Source: Alphaproteobacteria bacterium (GTDB taxonomy: Bacteria > Pseudomonadota > Alphaproteobacteria > CAAHEQ01 > UBA3637). From it: a DNA stretch of 64,000 nt. How positions within the stretch are numbered: the first letter of the stretch is position 1; each line of letters opens with the position of its first letter. A program made the position numbers and the translations under genes. The stretch covers positions 70,815 to 134,814 of the forward strand of contig JAZUQR010000010.1 in the NCBI GenBank assembly GCA_045605805.1, given 5' to 3'. This document shows positions 36,242 through 51,380 of the stretch, one piece after another. The notes under the pieces were generated by a model. It saw only the letters and a list, made by a program, of their open reading frames with translations. It was not told the origin of the DNA and ran no database searches.

Positions 36242-37048
36242 TTATTTTCCCTTATTGCTTTTGATGTTTTGCCCCATGTAGACACGCAAAGTATCTGTGT
36301 TTTGAATCTCTTGAATGGCCTTGTCATAACTTTGGCGCATTTGGTCACACATCATATTGTAAAAAACATGTGGCGTGCGTGTTTCATAATAATTTTCCAT
36401 CCCGGAGATATAATCTTCCCGATCATAGATGGACAACGGAATGTAGCCATTTTTATCCAATATCCACGCAGACACCAAACGCCCTGTTCGCTTATTCCCA
36501 TCGTTAAAGGGGTGAATTGCCACCGTATTGTAGTTGGCCTCAATCGCTTGCATCACCGGATTATGTGACAGCTTTTGAAACTCTTTATTTGGGGCTTCTT
36601 CCCAATAAAATGCCGGAATATGATTTTGGTTGATACCATCCACCAAATTTTCCATATGTACGGGGATTTTAATGCTGTTTGACAAGATAATGGTGGAATT
36701 ACGCCAACGGGCGGGCATTGTTCTGAAAACACCACCGATTCTGGGATTTTCCGAAGCAATCAATGCCCCATGTATATCTTTAATAAACGGCACTTCTAAC
36801 ACAGTTTTTGGGGCCATCCGAACCATATTATAGGCATTGGTCAAGGCTTGTCTATTTTCTTGTTGTAATTGAAAGGTCACTTTATCCGGCACAATATCAA
36901 AACGGCTTGCCAATTCGGCTGCGCTTTCCCACAATGCCTGTCTTAATTCTTGTTGATATTTACTTTTATTCAACAAAATCTTATAGGTTTTCTTTTGTTT
37001 TTCAATTGCTGCCAATTCTTTTGATAAGTGAGTCATCACAGCCTCCAT
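36242..37048 (-). CDS. Fic/Doc-family protein with a Doc-type active-site motif
   Basis: HPFNDGNKRTGR fits the Doc variant HxFx(D/N)(A/G)NKR rather than the canonical Fic HPFx(D/E)GNGR. 268 aa. It is 46 nt downstream of dnaJ on the same strand. Confidence 0.7.
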   Translation of the reverse strand: MEAVMTHLSKELAAIEKQKKTYKILLNKSKYQQELRQALWESAAELASRFDIVPDKVTFQLQQENRQALTNAYNMVRMAPKTVLEVPFIKDIHGALIASENPRIGGVFRTMPARWRNSTIILSNSIKIPVHMENLVDGINQNHIPAFYWEEAPNKEFQKLSHNPVMQAIEANYNTVAIHPFNDGNKRTGRLVSAWILDKNGYIPLSIYDREDYISGMENYYETRTPHVFYNMMCDQMRQSYDKAIQEIQNTDTLRVYMGQNIKSNKGK

Positions 37049-37094
37049 ATTATATGGCGGTTATTGTACATTCTTTTTGTGTTTTTGTCAAGTT

Positions 37095-38204
37095 TTATCC
37101 AAAAATCTTACCCAACAGGTTCTTAAAATCATCACACAGGCTGGAATCCGATTTATTCAGATTCGCAAACTGTTGCAACAGTTCTTTTTGTTCGGTCGTT
37201 AAATTGGTGGGTGTTTCCACTTGGAAAGTGACATACAAATCGCCAAACCTGTCTGATTTCAAAATCGGCATACCTTTTTTCGCTATTTTCACCTGTGTAC
37301 CCGATTGAAGTCCGGCTTTGATTGTATAGTTTTCGCCTTTGCCGTCCAAAGTGGGGATAAACACCTCTCCACCCAACGCAGCCGTCACCATTGGCACCGG
37401 CACTTTGATAAACAAATCATTACCTTGGCGTTCAAACAATTTATGCGGTTTGACATTCAAAAAGACATATAAATCGCCTGTTGTACCGCCATTTGGCCCC
37501 ACATCCCCTTCTTCCGAAAGGCGCATTCTGACCCCTGTTTCCACACCGGCAGGAATGGCTATTTCCAATTCTCGTTTTTTACGCACACGCCCTGTGCCAG
37601 CACAATCTTCACACGGATGTTTGATTGTTTGGCCTGTTCCATGACAGATTGGACAGGTTGTTTCCATCATAAAAACGCCCTGTCTTTGACGCACAACGCC
37701 CATCCCATTACATGTGGAACAAGTTTGTAAATCTTCACCGCCTGCGCCTTTACAGGCGTCACAGGCCACAAATGTGTTGACATTGATTTTTTTCTTTATC
37801 CCGTGAAAGGCTTCTTCCAAAGTGATATCCAAATCATATCGCACATCGGCACCATGGGCTTTTTCAGAACGAGGCCGCCCCCGTGCCATCCCAAACATTT
37901 CGGCAAACAAATCTTCAAAGCCAAAGCCGGAAAAATCAAAACCGCCAAAGCCTCCTTGAAAGCCGCCAGCACCCCCCATTCCTGACTTAAAGGCTTCGTG
38001 TCCCACTCGGTCATAGGTGGCCCGCTTATCGTTATCTTTTAACACCTCATACGCTTCGGCCAATTCTTTGAACTTTTTTTCGGCTTCGAGATCACCTGCA
38101 TGATGATCAGGGTGACAACTCATTGCTTTGACACGAAAAGCCCGCTTGATTTCATCAAACGAGGCTGTGCGTTCTACACCCAATGTTTCATAATAGTCTG
38201 CCAT
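37095..38204 (-). CDS. dnaJ: Chaperone DnaJ
   Basis: J-domain (…HPD…), G/F region, and four CxxCxGxG zinc-finger repeats. Confidence 0.9.
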   Translation of the reverse strand: MADYYETLGVERTASFDEIKRAFRVKAMSCHPDHHAGDLEAEKKFKELAEAYEVLKDNDKRATYDRVGHEAFKSGMGGAGGFQGGFGGFDFSGFGFEDLFAEMFGMARGRPRSEKAHGADVRYDLDITLEEAFHGIKKKINVNTFVACDACKGAGGEDLQTCSTCNGMGVVRQRQGVFMMETTCPICHGTGQTIKHPCEDCAGTGRVRKKRELEIAIPAGVETGVRMRLSEEGDVGPNGGTTGDLYVFLNVKPHKLFERQGNDLFIKVPVPMVTAALGGEVFIPTLDGKGENYTIKAGLQSGTQVKIAKKGMPILKSDRFGDLYVTFQVETPTNLTTEQKELLQQFANLNKSDSSLCDDFKNLLGKIFG

Positions 38205-38278
38205 TTACATAACCCTTTATGTGTTGATATGTGTAAAAAAGGGGTGGCTTTTTTCCACCCCCTTTTCGTTGTTTTTAT

Positions 38279-40189
38279 TTATTTTTTCACTTCTTCGTAG
38301 TCAGCATCTACCACTTCTTCTTGTGGCTTTTCGCCTTCGGAAGCATTGGCTGTGCTGTCACCAGCAGAAGCAGATTGTGCTTCTTGGGCCGCTTTATACA
38401 TGGCTTCGCCCATTTTAATGCTGGCGTTTTGAAGAGCTTCTGTTTTTTCTTTGATACGGGCTGTATCATTGGATTCAGAGGCTTCTTTTAATTCTTTGAC
38501 GCAGGCTTCAATGGCTTCTTTATCAGCCGGTTGCATTTTATCACCATTTTCTTTTAACATTTTTTCTGTGCTTGCAATCATCGCATCCGCATGGTTTTTC
38601 GCATCAGCTGCTTCTTTGAATTTCTTATCTTCTTCAGCGTGCGCTTCGGCATCTTTCACCATTTTTTCAATGTCTGCATCAGACAAACCGCCAGACGATT
38701 GAATGCGAATACTTTGTTCTTTGCCAGTTGCTTTATCTTTTGCTGACACATTCACAATGCCGTTGGCATCAATATCAAAGCTGACTTCAATTTGCGGCAT
38801 ACCCCGTGGTGCAGGTGGAATCCCCACCAAGTCAAATTGTCCCAACAATTTATTGTCACGAGCAATTTCACGTTCCCCTTGGAACACACGAATTGTGACG
38901 GCTGTTTGTCCATCTTCTGCGGTTGAGAAGACTTGGGATTTCTTTGTTGGAATGGTTGTGTTGCGTTCAATTAAACGAGTGAACACACCGCCCAATGTTT
39001 CAATACCCAATGACAACGGGGTCACATCCAACAACAGAACATCTTTCACATCCCCTTTTAACACACCGCCTTGAATGGCTGCGCCCATAGACACAACTTC
39101 ATCCGGATTCACACCCTTATGGGCTTCTTTACCAAAGAAGTCTTGTACCAATTTTTGAACAGCCGGCATACGGGTCATCCCACCCACCAAGATGACTTCG
39201 TCAATTTGGTTTTTGGACAGACCAGCATCTTTTAAGGCTTTTTCCATTGGACCTTTGGTGCGTTCCAACAAATCTTCCACCAACGATTCCAATTTGGCCC
39301 GTGTCATTGAGATATTCAAGTGCTTTGGACCTGTGGCATCGGCTGTAATAAATGGCAAATTGATGTCTGTTTGGTTGGCACTGGACAATTCAATTTTTGC
39401 TTTTTCGGCTGCTTCTTTCAAGCGTTGCAAGGCCATACGGTCTTGGCGCAAATCAATGCCGTTTTCTTTTTTGAATTCATCGGCCAAATAATCCATAATG
39501 CGAGCATCAAAGTCTTCACCACCCAAGAATGTATCTCCGTTGGTAGATTTCACTTCAAACACACCATCACCAATTTCCAAAATGGATACATCAAATGTGC
39601 CGCCACCCAAGTCATACACAGCGATTGTGCCAGATTTCTTTTGGTCCATTCCATAGGCCAAAGCGGCTGCGGTTGGTTCGTTGATAATGCGCAACACTTC
39701 CAAACCGGCAATTTTACCAGCATCTTTTGTGGCTTGACGTTGTGAGTCATCAAAATAAGCCGGCACTGTAATAATTGCCTGTGTGATTTTTTCACCCAGA
39801 TAGGCTTCGGCATCTTCTTTTAATTTTTGCAAAACGAACGCAGACACTTGACTTGGGGCATATTTTTTACCGTCCACTTCCACCCAAGCATCTCCATTAT
39901 CGCCAGAGATAATGTGATATGGCACCATATTTTTATCTTTTTCCACCATTTTATCGTCAAACCGACGGCCGATTAAACGCTTGATGGAATACAGCGTGCC
40001 TTGTGGGTTTGTCACTGCTTGACGCTTTGCCGGTTGTCCAACCAAGCGTTCCCCTTTGCTTGTGAAAGCCACGATTGAAGGCGTCGTTCTTGCCCCTTCT
40101 CGGTTTTCCAATACTTTGGCACTTTTGCCATCCATAATAGACATACAAGAGTTTGTTGTCCCTAAGTCAATACCTAATATTTTACTCAT
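38279..40189 (-). CDS. dnaK: Chaperone DnaK (Hsp70)
   Basis: [15 protein letters not shown]…, DLGGGTFD, and C-terminal EEVKK. Start at [10 protein letters not shown] is preferred over the upstream ORF extension. Confidence 0.95.
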   Translation of the reverse strand: MSKILGIDLGTTNSCMSIMDGKSAKVLENREGARTTPSIVAFTSKGERLVGQPAKRQAVTNPQGTLYSIKRLIGRRFDDKMVEKDKNMVPYHIISGDNGDAWVEVDGKKYAPSQVSAFVLQKLKEDAEAYLGEKITQAIITVPAYFDDSQRQATKDAGKIAGLEVLRIINEPTAAALAYGMDQKKSGTIAVYDLGGGTFDVSILEIGDGVFEVKSTNGDTFLGGEDFDARIMDYLADEFKKENGIDLRQDRMALQRLKEAAEKAKIELSSANQTDINLPFITADATGPKHLNISMTRAKLESLVEDLLERTKGPMEKALKDAGLSKNQIDEVILVGGMTRMPAVQKLVQDFFGKEAHKGVNPDEVVSMGAAIQGGVLKGDVKDVLLLDVTPLSLGIETLGGVFTRLIERNTTIPTKKSQVFSTAEDGQTAVTIRVFQGEREIARDNKLLGQFDLVGIPPAPRGMPQIEVSFDIDANGIVNVSAKDKATGKEQSIRIQSSGGLSDADIEKMVKDAEAHAEEDKKFKEAADAKNHADAMIASTEKMLKENGDKMQPADKEAIEACVKELKEASESNDTARIKEKTEALQNASIKMGEAMYKAAQEAQSASAGDSTANASEGEKPQEEVVDADYEEVKK

Positions 40190-40319
40190 TTTTGCTCCTT
40201 TGTTAAATAACTTGTGAACAGTATATGGGTCATACCATCGTATTTTGCAACAGGCAAATGCATTTTTTTCTTTAATTTTTTTATTTTTTTGATTAAACTG
40301 ATTCAAAAAAGGATGACAT

Positions 40320-41894
40320 ATGAAACAGATTTTAGATATTTTTTCAACACATTTTGCACAATATGGTGTGTTTTTTCTTGGGGCTTTATTGGCCGCTATT
40401 TCTTTTGGTATATTTTATGGGAAAAATACACAACACATTCGGTTTTATCTTATCAGTCGTGGCTTTTTTGTTTTGGCCTTTGCCGCATTTGGTCCTTTGA
40501 TTGCTCCGTTTTTTCCACTTTTGAATCCGGCTTTTGAGGTCTCTTCGGTTTTACAAAGTGCTTTCGCTTTTTCTTTTTCTTGTGTTGCTGGTGCTTTTTT
40601 TATTGCAAGTCTTTTTGTCAAAGCACCCCGCTCTACCTTATTATTGTTGGTTGTTCCTTTTTTTACCATTGTTTTATTTGCTTTGGCCTATGGCATTTTC
40701 TTTGTCAATATCACCCAAGACACCCATTTTGATATTTCTTTTCTTTTAACCGGTCTTTCTTTGGCTGTGGCTGCCTTTGGATTTTACAGCATTTCTGCCT
40801 TATCCCAGAAGGCCATCTTTTTTGCGCCACGCATTGCCTTGTGGTTTTTATCCATTTATTATTTATGTCGTGCCACCCATTTAATATCCGATGCACAATG
40901 GGTTCCTTTGATTTTATATGCCGTTGCGTCTATTGTTGTTTTGATTGCCCAAATCAGCTTCACCGAAGCTATGGCTATCTCGTATCATCAGGCCTTGTTA
41001 AAAGAACAGAAAAAGAAAACCTTGTTTTGGGATATGGCTCCTTCTCCGATTTTGCTGACCAAACTTTTGGATGATTCGGTGGTGTATATGAACACTGCTT
41101 GCCAAAAAGTTTTAGGCTTGCGCCAAACTCAGGTTTCAAATATTACTTTTTCAAATTATTTTGTCAATGCCACAAAACGAGATGAACTGATTCATCTGAC
41201 CCGACAAAACGGTATTGTAGATAACTTTGAAGTGGAACTCAATATTCAAAATACTCAAAATAAAACCGTTTGGATTACTCTCTCTTCTCGTGTGTTTGAA
41301 ATGGATGGGGATATTTTGCTGTATATCAACTTTACAAACATTACAAACCAAAAAGAGGTGGAAGAAAAACTTTTTATTCAAGCCTCTACCGATACATTGA
41401 CCGGCCTTTACAATCGTCGTCAATTTATGGCCCTTTCGCAACAGGTTTTTTTCCTTGCACAACGAGAAGGAACGCCTTATACCGTGTTGATGGCCGATAT
41501 TGACCATTTCAAATCTATCAATGACACTTATGGCCATGATGTGGGCGATGTGGTTTTGAAAGGCTTGGCTTCGTTGATGAAACAGACTTTACGCAAATCA
41601 GATATTATTGCCCGTTGGGGGGGAGAGGAGTTTATTATTTTGCTTCAAAATACACCCCCTGAAAAAGGCCTGTTGGCGGCAGACAAGTTGCGTTTGGCTG
41701 TTCAAGATTTTGCTGTGCCGGTTCAAAATGAAATGTTAAAGTTCACCATCAGCATGGGGGCTTCTGTAAGTCAAATACCTGATGTAGAAAAACTTCAAAA
41801 AGAAGCCGATTTAGCGTTGTATTATTCCAAAGAAAACGGCCGAAATCAAGTGACGCTTTTCAATTCCTCCTTTGGACAGAAAAAACCAGAATAG
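40320..41894 (+). CDS. Membrane-anchored PAS-GGDEF diguanylate cyclase
   Basis: ~8 predicted TM helices, a PAS-like region, and GGDEF-domain motifs (…[11 protein letters not shown]…, …YNRRQFM…). Confidence 0.8.
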   Translation: MKQILDIFSTHFAQYGVFFLGALLAAISFGIFYGKNTQHIRFYLISRGFFVLAFAAFGPLIAPFFPLLNPAFEVSSVLQSAFAFSFSCVAGAFFIASLFVKAPRSTLLLLVVPFFTIVLFALAYGIFFVNITQDTHFDISFLLTGLSLAVAAFGFYSISALSQKAIFFAPRIALWFLSIYYLCRATHLISDAQWVPLILYAVASIVVLIAQISFTEAMAISYHQALLKEQKKKTLFWDMAPSPILLTKLLDDSVVYMNTACQKVLGLRQTQVSNITFSNYFVNATKRDELIHLTRQNGIVDNFEVELNIQNTQNKTVWITLSSRVFEMDGDILLYINFTNITNQKEVEEKLFIQASTDTLTGLYNRRQFMALSQQVFFLAQREGTPYTVLMADIDHFKSINDTYGHDVGDVVLKGLASLMKQTLRKSDIIARWGGEEFIILLQNTPPEKGLLAADKLRLAVQDFAVPVQNEMLKFTISMGASVSQIPDVEKLQKEADLALYYSKENGRNQVTLFNSSFGQKKPE

Positions 41895-41907
41895 GAGTTT
41901 TGTTATT

Positions 41908-42189
41908 ATGCGTATCAGATTGTTTCCTTTTTTATGCGTTTTGGTGATTGCTTATTTTTCGTATCACACGGTATGGGGAAATCGGGGCTTTTTTCGCTTA
42001 TTAGAAATTAAAGACCAGATTCAACAGGCTTCGGCTTTGGCCCAAAAAGTGGCCGAAGAAAAAAAACATCTTCAATATAAAACAAACGCCCTTAAAAATC
42101 CAAAAGCTATTGATTTAGATATTTTGGAAGAAGAAGCTCTTCGGGTTTTGGGCCAAACACATCGTGATAATCTTATTTTGTTTGATTAG
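41908..42189 (+). CDS. ftsB: Septum formation initiator family protein (FtsB/DivIC-like)
   Basis: N-terminal TM helix followed by a coiled coil (…LLEIKDQIQQASALAQKVAEEKKHLQ…). 93 aa. Confidence 0.55.
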   Translation: MRIRLFPFLCVLVIAYFSYHTVWGNRGFFRLLEIKDQIQQASALAQKVAEEKKHLQYKTNALKNPKAIDLDILEEEALRVLGQTHRDNLILFD

Positions 42190-43418
42190 TCTTTTAAGCC
42201 GATTTTGTTTTTATGTATCATATACAATGCCGGCAGCATTATGACCCCTGTGAAGGCAAAAAACACTGTCCATCCCATTTGTTCGGCCAACCATCCGCTG
42301 GTGCCGGCAATGAAGGATAACGGTATCATATTCAAGGCACTTAAAAACGCATATTGTGTGCCGGAAAAACGACGGTTGCAAAAAGAAGATAAGTACACAA
42401 CCCACACTGCACCCCCCATACCTGCCAAGATATTATCAAACAAAATCACCATGAAAAAAGCCGCCACATTTGGCCCTAATTCGGCCAATAAGGCAAAGGC
42501 AAAGGAAGTTAAAATCTCTAATCCTCCTAACCAGAATAACAACGGTTTGAACTTAAACTTCAACATCAACAGGCCACCAACAAATACACCGGCCATTGTG
42601 ATAAACACACCAAATGTGCCGGAAACCAGCGATATTTCTTTGGCGGTGAAACCGATTTGATTATAAAACGGATAGGCCATTGGCCCCAACATACAATTGC
42701 ACAACCGATACAAGATGATGAACAGGCATAGTGTGCCAAAATGAGATCGTTTTATGATATCTTTTAACGGTTCTATAATGGCTTTTTGAAAAGATATGCC
42801 TTGTGGTATCAATGCTTTTTCCTTAATGCACAACATTGAGATAAAGCCCACCACAATCAAGGCGATAGACACTTTATAGGCTGTTTCCCATGCCACATAA
42901 TCCGACAGACAAATCATGCCTGCCACGGCTGCCAGCTGCCCCAAACGAGCCCCCACTTGATAAAGAGCTGTCCCTTCTTTTAACTCGTCTCCCGACAGTG
43001 TATCTATACGCAAGGCATCAATGGCAATATCTTGGGTAGCCGAAGCAAAAGCGATGCCTATACACAGTGCAAAAATCCATGTTATTTGGGTGGCTGGATT
43101 CGCCTCGGACAAGAACAACAAAAACAAAATGACAAACAGTTGGGCAAGTAATCCCCATGTTTTTTTTCGCCCTATTTTATCCGCCAAGGGCAAGTTGGTT
43201 TGGTCAACGAATGGGGCCCACAAAAACTTTAAGCTGTATGGAATCAACACCAAGCTGAATATGCCAATTTGGCTTAAATCAACCCCTTGTGTGGAAAACC
43301 AATACTTTAATGTTCCTCCAACTAAATTGACAGGCGCTTGCGAGGCAAGACCTAATCCCAAAAACGGCCATACATGCGCATTGGCCAACACTTTTATCAA
43401 CTTATTTATAAAACGCAT
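42186..43418 (-). CDS. ampG: MFS transporter of the AmpG family (muropeptide permease-like)
   Basis: …SLKFLWAPFVD… AmpG signature. 12-TM MFS topology. Confidence 0.65.
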   Translation of the reverse strand: MRFINKLIKVLANAHVWPFLGLGLASQAPVNLVGGTLKYWFSTQGVDLSQIGIFSLVLIPYSLKFLWAPFVDQTNLPLADKIGRKKTWGLLAQLFVILFLLFLSEANPATQITWIFALCIGIAFASATQDIAIDALRIDTLSGDELKEGTALYQVGARLGQLAAVAGMICLSDYVAWETAYKVSIALIVVGFISMLCIKEKALIPQGISFQKAIIEPLKDIIKRSHFGTLCLFIILYRLCNCMLGPMAYPFYNQIGFTAKEISLVSGTFGVFITMAGVFVGGLLMLKFKFKPLLFWLGGLEILTSFAFALLAELGPNVAAFFMVILFDNILAGMGGAVWVVYLSSFCNRRFSGTQYAFLSALNMIPLSFIAGTSGWLAEQMGWTVFFAFTGVIMLPALYMIHKNKIGLKD

Positions 43419-43484
43419 TTTTACTCCATTTGAAAATAAATATGTCTTTTACTTTATATCCTATTTTGAAATGGATGTCTATTA

Positions 43485-45260
43485 TTATTCCTCAAATAAT
43501 GCCTTATATTTTTTAAGGCGTTTATAAGTTTTGGAGTTTTCGTTGGCCATCAACTTTTTCGGACTTCCATCTTCCACAATCTGCCCATTCTCTAACAAAA
43601 GGATACGGTTAGCACTGGCAATTTCCGCCGGCACATTGCTGGCAAAGATAACGGTCGGTTTATGCCCTTTCACTTTGGACAGGTTTTTAATCCCCTCCAA
43701 CACTTTTGTTTGGGCGTGTGTATCCAAGTTGGCAGTTGGTTCATCCATAATGATAAGCGGTGTATGGCGCAAAAGCGCTCTTGCCAAAGAGAGCCGTTGT
43801 TTTTGTCCGGCAGACAAAGAAGTGACTTTGCTGTCAATTTTCTTTTCTTTTTTCATAATTTCATCCAACAGATTGGCCAATTGCAACACTTGATAGAGTT
43901 CTGCCTCCGTTGCCTTCGGATTAAACATCAGCAAGTTTTCTTTGATGGTCTTTTGACTCCAAAAGGTGGGGTGTTGGTCAATGTAGGTCAGATTATCTCG
44001 CAAAGATTCCCTTGAAATCGACTGCACATTTTTACCATTATACAGCACTTTTCCTGATTGGATTTCATAGGCGTGTTGCATCACATTGATCAGCGTGGAT
44101 TTGCCCATCCCTGAGTTCCCGATAATGGCCACCCGTGAACCTGCTTTGATTTTCAAGGAAAGATTATTCAAAACAGGCTCTTTTTCCTCAGGATAAGTAA
44201 AACACACCTTTTCCAAAGCAATCTCTTTAATTGTGGACAGTTTCCCCTTTCCTGATTTAGGCATTAAGGAGGTATCGTAATTCGTTTGTTTGTCTAGATT
44301 GAGATAATCCATGCAGTAAAAATGAAGCCATTTTAAGACTGAAGCAACTTTTGTAATATAATGTAATGTATCAAACCCAAGTCCTGTCAACAGGACATAA
44401 GTGCCAATGTTTTTTTGTTGAAGTGCCAAGTGGATGCCTATAAAAACGATTATTAAATAACCAATGATATTGACAAAAGCTGGAACAAGTGACAGCAAAA
44501 CCTCTTTTGTCCTGTACTTTTGATTTAGATCATGGAAAATATTATATTTTTTTTGTAGCTCATCTAGAACTTTAAATTCTATTCCAAGCGCACGAACATT
44601 TCCTGCATTTTCCAGCGTATCCTCACGAATGGCAGCAATCTCTGTTTCCATCCTTGAAATGTTTTCAATATTTCTGGTTTGTTTTTTATTAATCCAAATG
44701 TTTAAAAAGCAATAACATAATGATAATGCTAGGATTGAGAAAGACCACAAGTGAATAAAGCCAATTAAAAAAATGATTGAAGCAATTAAACGGAATAACG
44801 GATAGAAAAGTCGTGTAATATTATAGACCATATTTTCTCCATAACTGCCAATACGTGGAATCAGACTCACAGCCTTTTGTCGAAAATCAGATAAAAATAG
44901 TAAAGGAGGAAGCTTCAAAAAGGATTTTGTTTTTTCTTGGCAGAAGAGAGTATTATACCTTCGAAAAACGATTTCCTGAAATGCAGTTGCAATATCATCA
45001 AACCAGCGTGAAAATTGCTTGATAAAAATATAAAAAAAGGTCCATGCAACCAAGATACCTGTGATCACATTTGAAGAAAGAGAATCTTGCAAGGTGTTCA
45101 ATACTTGTGCAGACAAAACAGGTGCAAGAGCTCCAAGTGTAGCAGCAATTCCAAAAAAGACAACAACACCTAAAAGAGCTCTTTTATCCTTTTTCGGGGC
45201 GGATAAACAAATCCCCAACACTTCCTTGATAAATTGAAAATTAGATGTTTTTTCTTGCAT
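43485..45260 (-). CDS. ABC transporter, fused permease/ATP-binding protein (type I exporter)
   Basis: N-terminal 6-TM domain. Walker A GNSGMGKST, signature LSAGQKQRLSLARAL, Walker B IIMDEPT. Confidence 0.8.
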   Translation of the reverse strand: MQEKTSNFQFIKEVLGICLSAPKKDKRALLGVVVFFGIAATLGALAPVLSAQVLNTLQDSLSSNVITGILVAWTFFYIFIKQFSRWFDDIATAFQEIVFRRYNTLFCQEKTKSFLKLPPLLFLSDFRQKAVSLIPRIGSYGENMVYNITRLFYPLFRLIASIIFLIGFIHLWSFSILALSLCYCFLNIWINKKQTRNIENISRMETEIAAIREDTLENAGNVRALGIEFKVLDELQKKYNIFHDLNQKYRTKEVLLSLVPAFVNIIGYLIIVFIGIHLALQQKNIGTYVLLTGLGFDTLHYITKVASVLKWLHFYCMDYLNLDKQTNYDTSLMPKSGKGKLSTIKEIALEKVCFTYPEEKEPVLNNLSLKIKAGSRVAIIGNSGMGKSTLINVMQHAYEIQSGKVLYNGKNVQSISRESLRDNLTYIDQHPTFWSQKTIKENLLMFNPKATEAELYQVLQLANLLDEIMKKEKKIDSKVTSLSAGQKQRLSLARALLRHTPLIIMDEPTANLDTHAQTKVLEGIKNLSKVKGHKPTVIFASNVPAEIASANRILLLENGQIVEDGSPKKLMANENSKTYKRLKKYKALFEE

Positions 45261-45272
45261 ATTTACTCCATT

Positions 45273-45476
45273 TTATTTTTTGGATTTTTTTGTGCCTGTT
45301 TCTGTGACATGTGAAATGCCTGTGCCTGGGATGGACACCGTTTTGCGAGTTCGGCCATTCGCCATTTTTGTGACCCGATAGCCGGGGATGCCAAAGCTGA
45401 ACCCTATGCCTGACTTGCTGAAATTGATTCTGAACAATCCCAAAATGTCTATTGACTTACGAAAGCGAAAACCCAT
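45273..45476 (-). CDS. DUF4236-like small protein
   Basis: MGFRFRKSIDILGLFRINFSKSGIGFSFGIPGYRVT… pattern. Start at MGFRF is preferred. Confidence 0.35.
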   Translation of the reverse strand: MGFRFRKSIDILGLFRINFSKSGIGFSFGIPGYRVTKMANGRTRKTVSIPGTGISHVTETGTKKSKK

Positions 45477-45498
45477 TTTTCCCCCTTTTTTGTTTTGA

Positions 45499-47316
45499 TT
45501 ACAACCTTCCCCGTTCAAACTTACGGCGATCGTTTAAGTCCAGATATTTTTTACGCAAGCGAATGTGTTTTGGGGTGACTTCCACCAATTCATCGTCCGC
45601 AATATAGGCTAATGCTGCCTCTAACGACAGGCGGGTGGGTGACACCAATGCCACAGCTTCGTCTTTACCGGCCGCACGCATATTTGTAAGCTTTTTGCCT
45701 TTAATCGGATTCACATCAATATCACCCGATTTGGCATTCGCCCCGATAATCATCCCTTCATATACATCCACACCGGCATCAATGAACAACGGCCCTCGTT
45801 CTTGAATGTACCACAAGGCATAGGCAACAGATTTCCCTGCTTCTGTGGACACTAAAACGCCATTTCTGCGGGCTTGGATTTCGCCTTTATAGGGTTGATA
45901 GCTGTCAAACAAGCGATTCATCACACCTGTGCCACAGGTATCGGTTAAAAACTCGCTGTGATAGCCGATCAGCCCACGAGATGGTGCCAAAAATACCATC
46001 CGAACTTTCCCACCGCCTGAGGGTGACATACTTGTCATTTCGGCCTTACGCTGGCTCATTTTTTCAACCACTACGCCCGAATAATTTTCGTCCACATCCA
46101 CCACAACTTCTTCAACCGGTTCCAATTTTTGTCCGTCTTTTTCTTGGAATACCACACGAGGACGGGACACAGAAAGTTCATACCCTTCCCGCCGCATTGT
46201 TTCAATTAAAATGCCTAATTGTAATTCGCCACGACCAGCCACTTCAAACGCATCCGTTGTGTCGGTTCTGGATATTTTTAAGGCCACATTTCCTTCGGCT
46301 TCTTTTTCCAATCTGTCCCAAATCATCCGAGAGGTCACTTTATCACCATCTTTGCCTGCCAATGGACTTGTGTTGATGGAAAATGTCATCGCCAAGGTGG
46401 GCGGGTCAATGGGTTGCGCTTGAATTGCTTCGGTCACTTCGCTGGCACACAAGGTATCGGCCACAGTGGCTTTTTGAAAACCGGCAATGCTTACAATATC
46501 CCCAGCAACGCCTTCTTCAATGGCTTGATGCTTCAAACCACGAAAGGCCAAAATCTTACTGACACGAGCCGTTTCAACTGTTTGTCCATCACGAGATAGG
46601 GCTTTAATCATTTCATTTGTTTTAATTTTGCCGGATGTGATGCGTCCTGTTAAAACACGCCCCACAAACGGATCCATATGCAAGGTTGTCACCAACATTT
46701 TGAACGGGCCATCAGCTTCGCTTGTTGGGGCCGGCACATGTTCAATGATTTTTTTGAACAGGGGTTCAATGTCTATATGTTCATCATTTAAGTTTTCAAC
46801 TGCCCAACCATCACGCCCTGAGGCAAACAGCACAGGATAATCCAACTGTTCATCTGTTGCGCCCAGATTTGCGAACAGGTCAAACACCTCGTTATTCACT
46901 TCCACAGGGCGGGCATCGGCACGGTCCACTTTATTGATAACAACAATTGGGCGCAGGCCTAACTTTAACGCTTTGCCCACCACAAACTTGGTTTGAGGCA
47001 GTGGGCCTTCGGCCGAGTCAACCAGCACAATGACGCCATCCACCATAGACAAGATGCGTTCCACTTCGCCCCCAAAGTCTGCGTGCCCTGGGGTATCAAC
47101 GATATTGATGCGATAGCCATGCCATTCCACAGAGGTGCATTTGGCCAAAATAGTGATGCCCCGTTCCCGTTCTAACTCACCCGAATCCATCGCACAGGTG
47201 GCGACTTGTTGATTTTCACGAAAAGCACCGGATTGACGCAAAAAAGCGTCCACAAAAGTTGTTTTGCCATGGTCCACATGGGCAATAATGGCAATGTTGC
47301 GCATATTATGACTCAT
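45499..47316 (-). CDS. typA: Translational GTPase TypA/BipA
   Basis: [28 protein letters not shown]. 605 aa. EF-G-like domain order. Confidence 0.9.
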   Translation of the reverse strand: MSHNMRNIAIIAHVDHGKTTFVDAFLRQSGAFRENQQVATCAMDSGELERERGITILAKCTSVEWHGYRINIVDTPGHADFGGEVERILSMVDGVIVLVDSAEGPLPQTKFVVGKALKLGLRPIVVINKVDRADARPVEVNNEVFDLFANLGATDEQLDYPVLFASGRDGWAVENLNDEHIDIEPLFKKIIEHVPAPTSEADGPFKMLVTTLHMDPFVGRVLTGRITSGKIKTNEMIKALSRDGQTVETARVSKILAFRGLKHQAIEEGVAGDIVSIAGFQKATVADTLCASEVTEAIQAQPIDPPTLAMTFSINTSPLAGKDGDKVTSRMIWDRLEKEAEGNVALKISRTDTTDAFEVAGRGELQLGILIETMRREGYELSVSRPRVVFQEKDGQKLEPVEEVVVDVDENYSGVVVEKMSQRKAEMTSMSPSGGGKVRMVFLAPSRGLIGYHSEFLTDTCGTGVMNRLFDSYQPYKGEIQARRNGVLVSTEAGKSVAYALWYIQERGPLFIDAGVDVYEGMIIGANAKSGDIDVNPIKGKKLTNMRAAGKDEAVALVSPTRLSLEAALAYIADDELVEVTPKHIRLRKKYLDLNDRRKFERGRL

Positions 47317-47421
47317 CTTTAATTATTTCCCTTCCAAAAATATGCGCCTATTATAGCATAAAATCGCATAAATGTAAAGGCAGAAAAAAATCCCCAAAGA
47401 TTGCTTTCTAAGGATTGTTTC

Positions 47422-47814
47422 TTATTTTTTATTTTTCGCAGATCGGTCGTTCAAGATGATGATCAATAAGCCTGCTATATATATGAATTCATATACCAAA
47501 CCCAACGGCACAAATATCAACAGCAGATGTAGGAATGAGGTTATTGGCCACATGATATAAATTGCCGTGCACAGGCTGAGCCACCAAGCAATTTGTTTTA
47601 GCTTTTTTGTGTTTTTCACAACAGACTCTGTATCACTTTTGCCCAATTTACCAATCCAACAAGGCAGTGTTCCCACAGCGAACAATAATGAAAAGCAACC
47701 AAGAAAAATAAGCACAGAACAGCCCGTTCTAGACCCAATCGCAGCCATAAATGTTGCAATCAATCCTGACACACATCCCACAAAGATTGTCCACAGCAGT
47801 TTTATGATTTTCAT
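47422..47814 (-). CDS. Hypothetical integral membrane protein (4 TM)
   Basis: Hydrophobic segments only. No recognisable motif. Abuts the gyrB stop. Confidence 0.4.
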   Translation of the reverse strand: MKIIKLLWTIFVGCVSGLIATFMAAIGSRTGCSVLIFLGCFSLLFAVGTLPCWIGKLGKSDTESVVKNTKKLKQIAWWLSLCTAIYIMWPITSFLHLLLIFVPLGLVYEFIYIAGLLIIILNDRSAKNKK

Positions 47815-51379
<3,565 letters not shown>

Positions 51380-51380
51380 T

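Noticed and set aside
40190-40306. 39-codon N-terminal extension of dnaK in the ORF track.
   Set aside because: Hsp70 homology starts precisely at [14 protein letters not shown]. The extension has no homology.
43426-43475. Apparent palindrome ccatttgaaaata…tattttgaaatgg between the ABC transporter and ampG.
   Set aside because: On checking, the arms are not reverse complements (central g versus required c). It is an imperfect mirror/direct repeat, not a hairpin.
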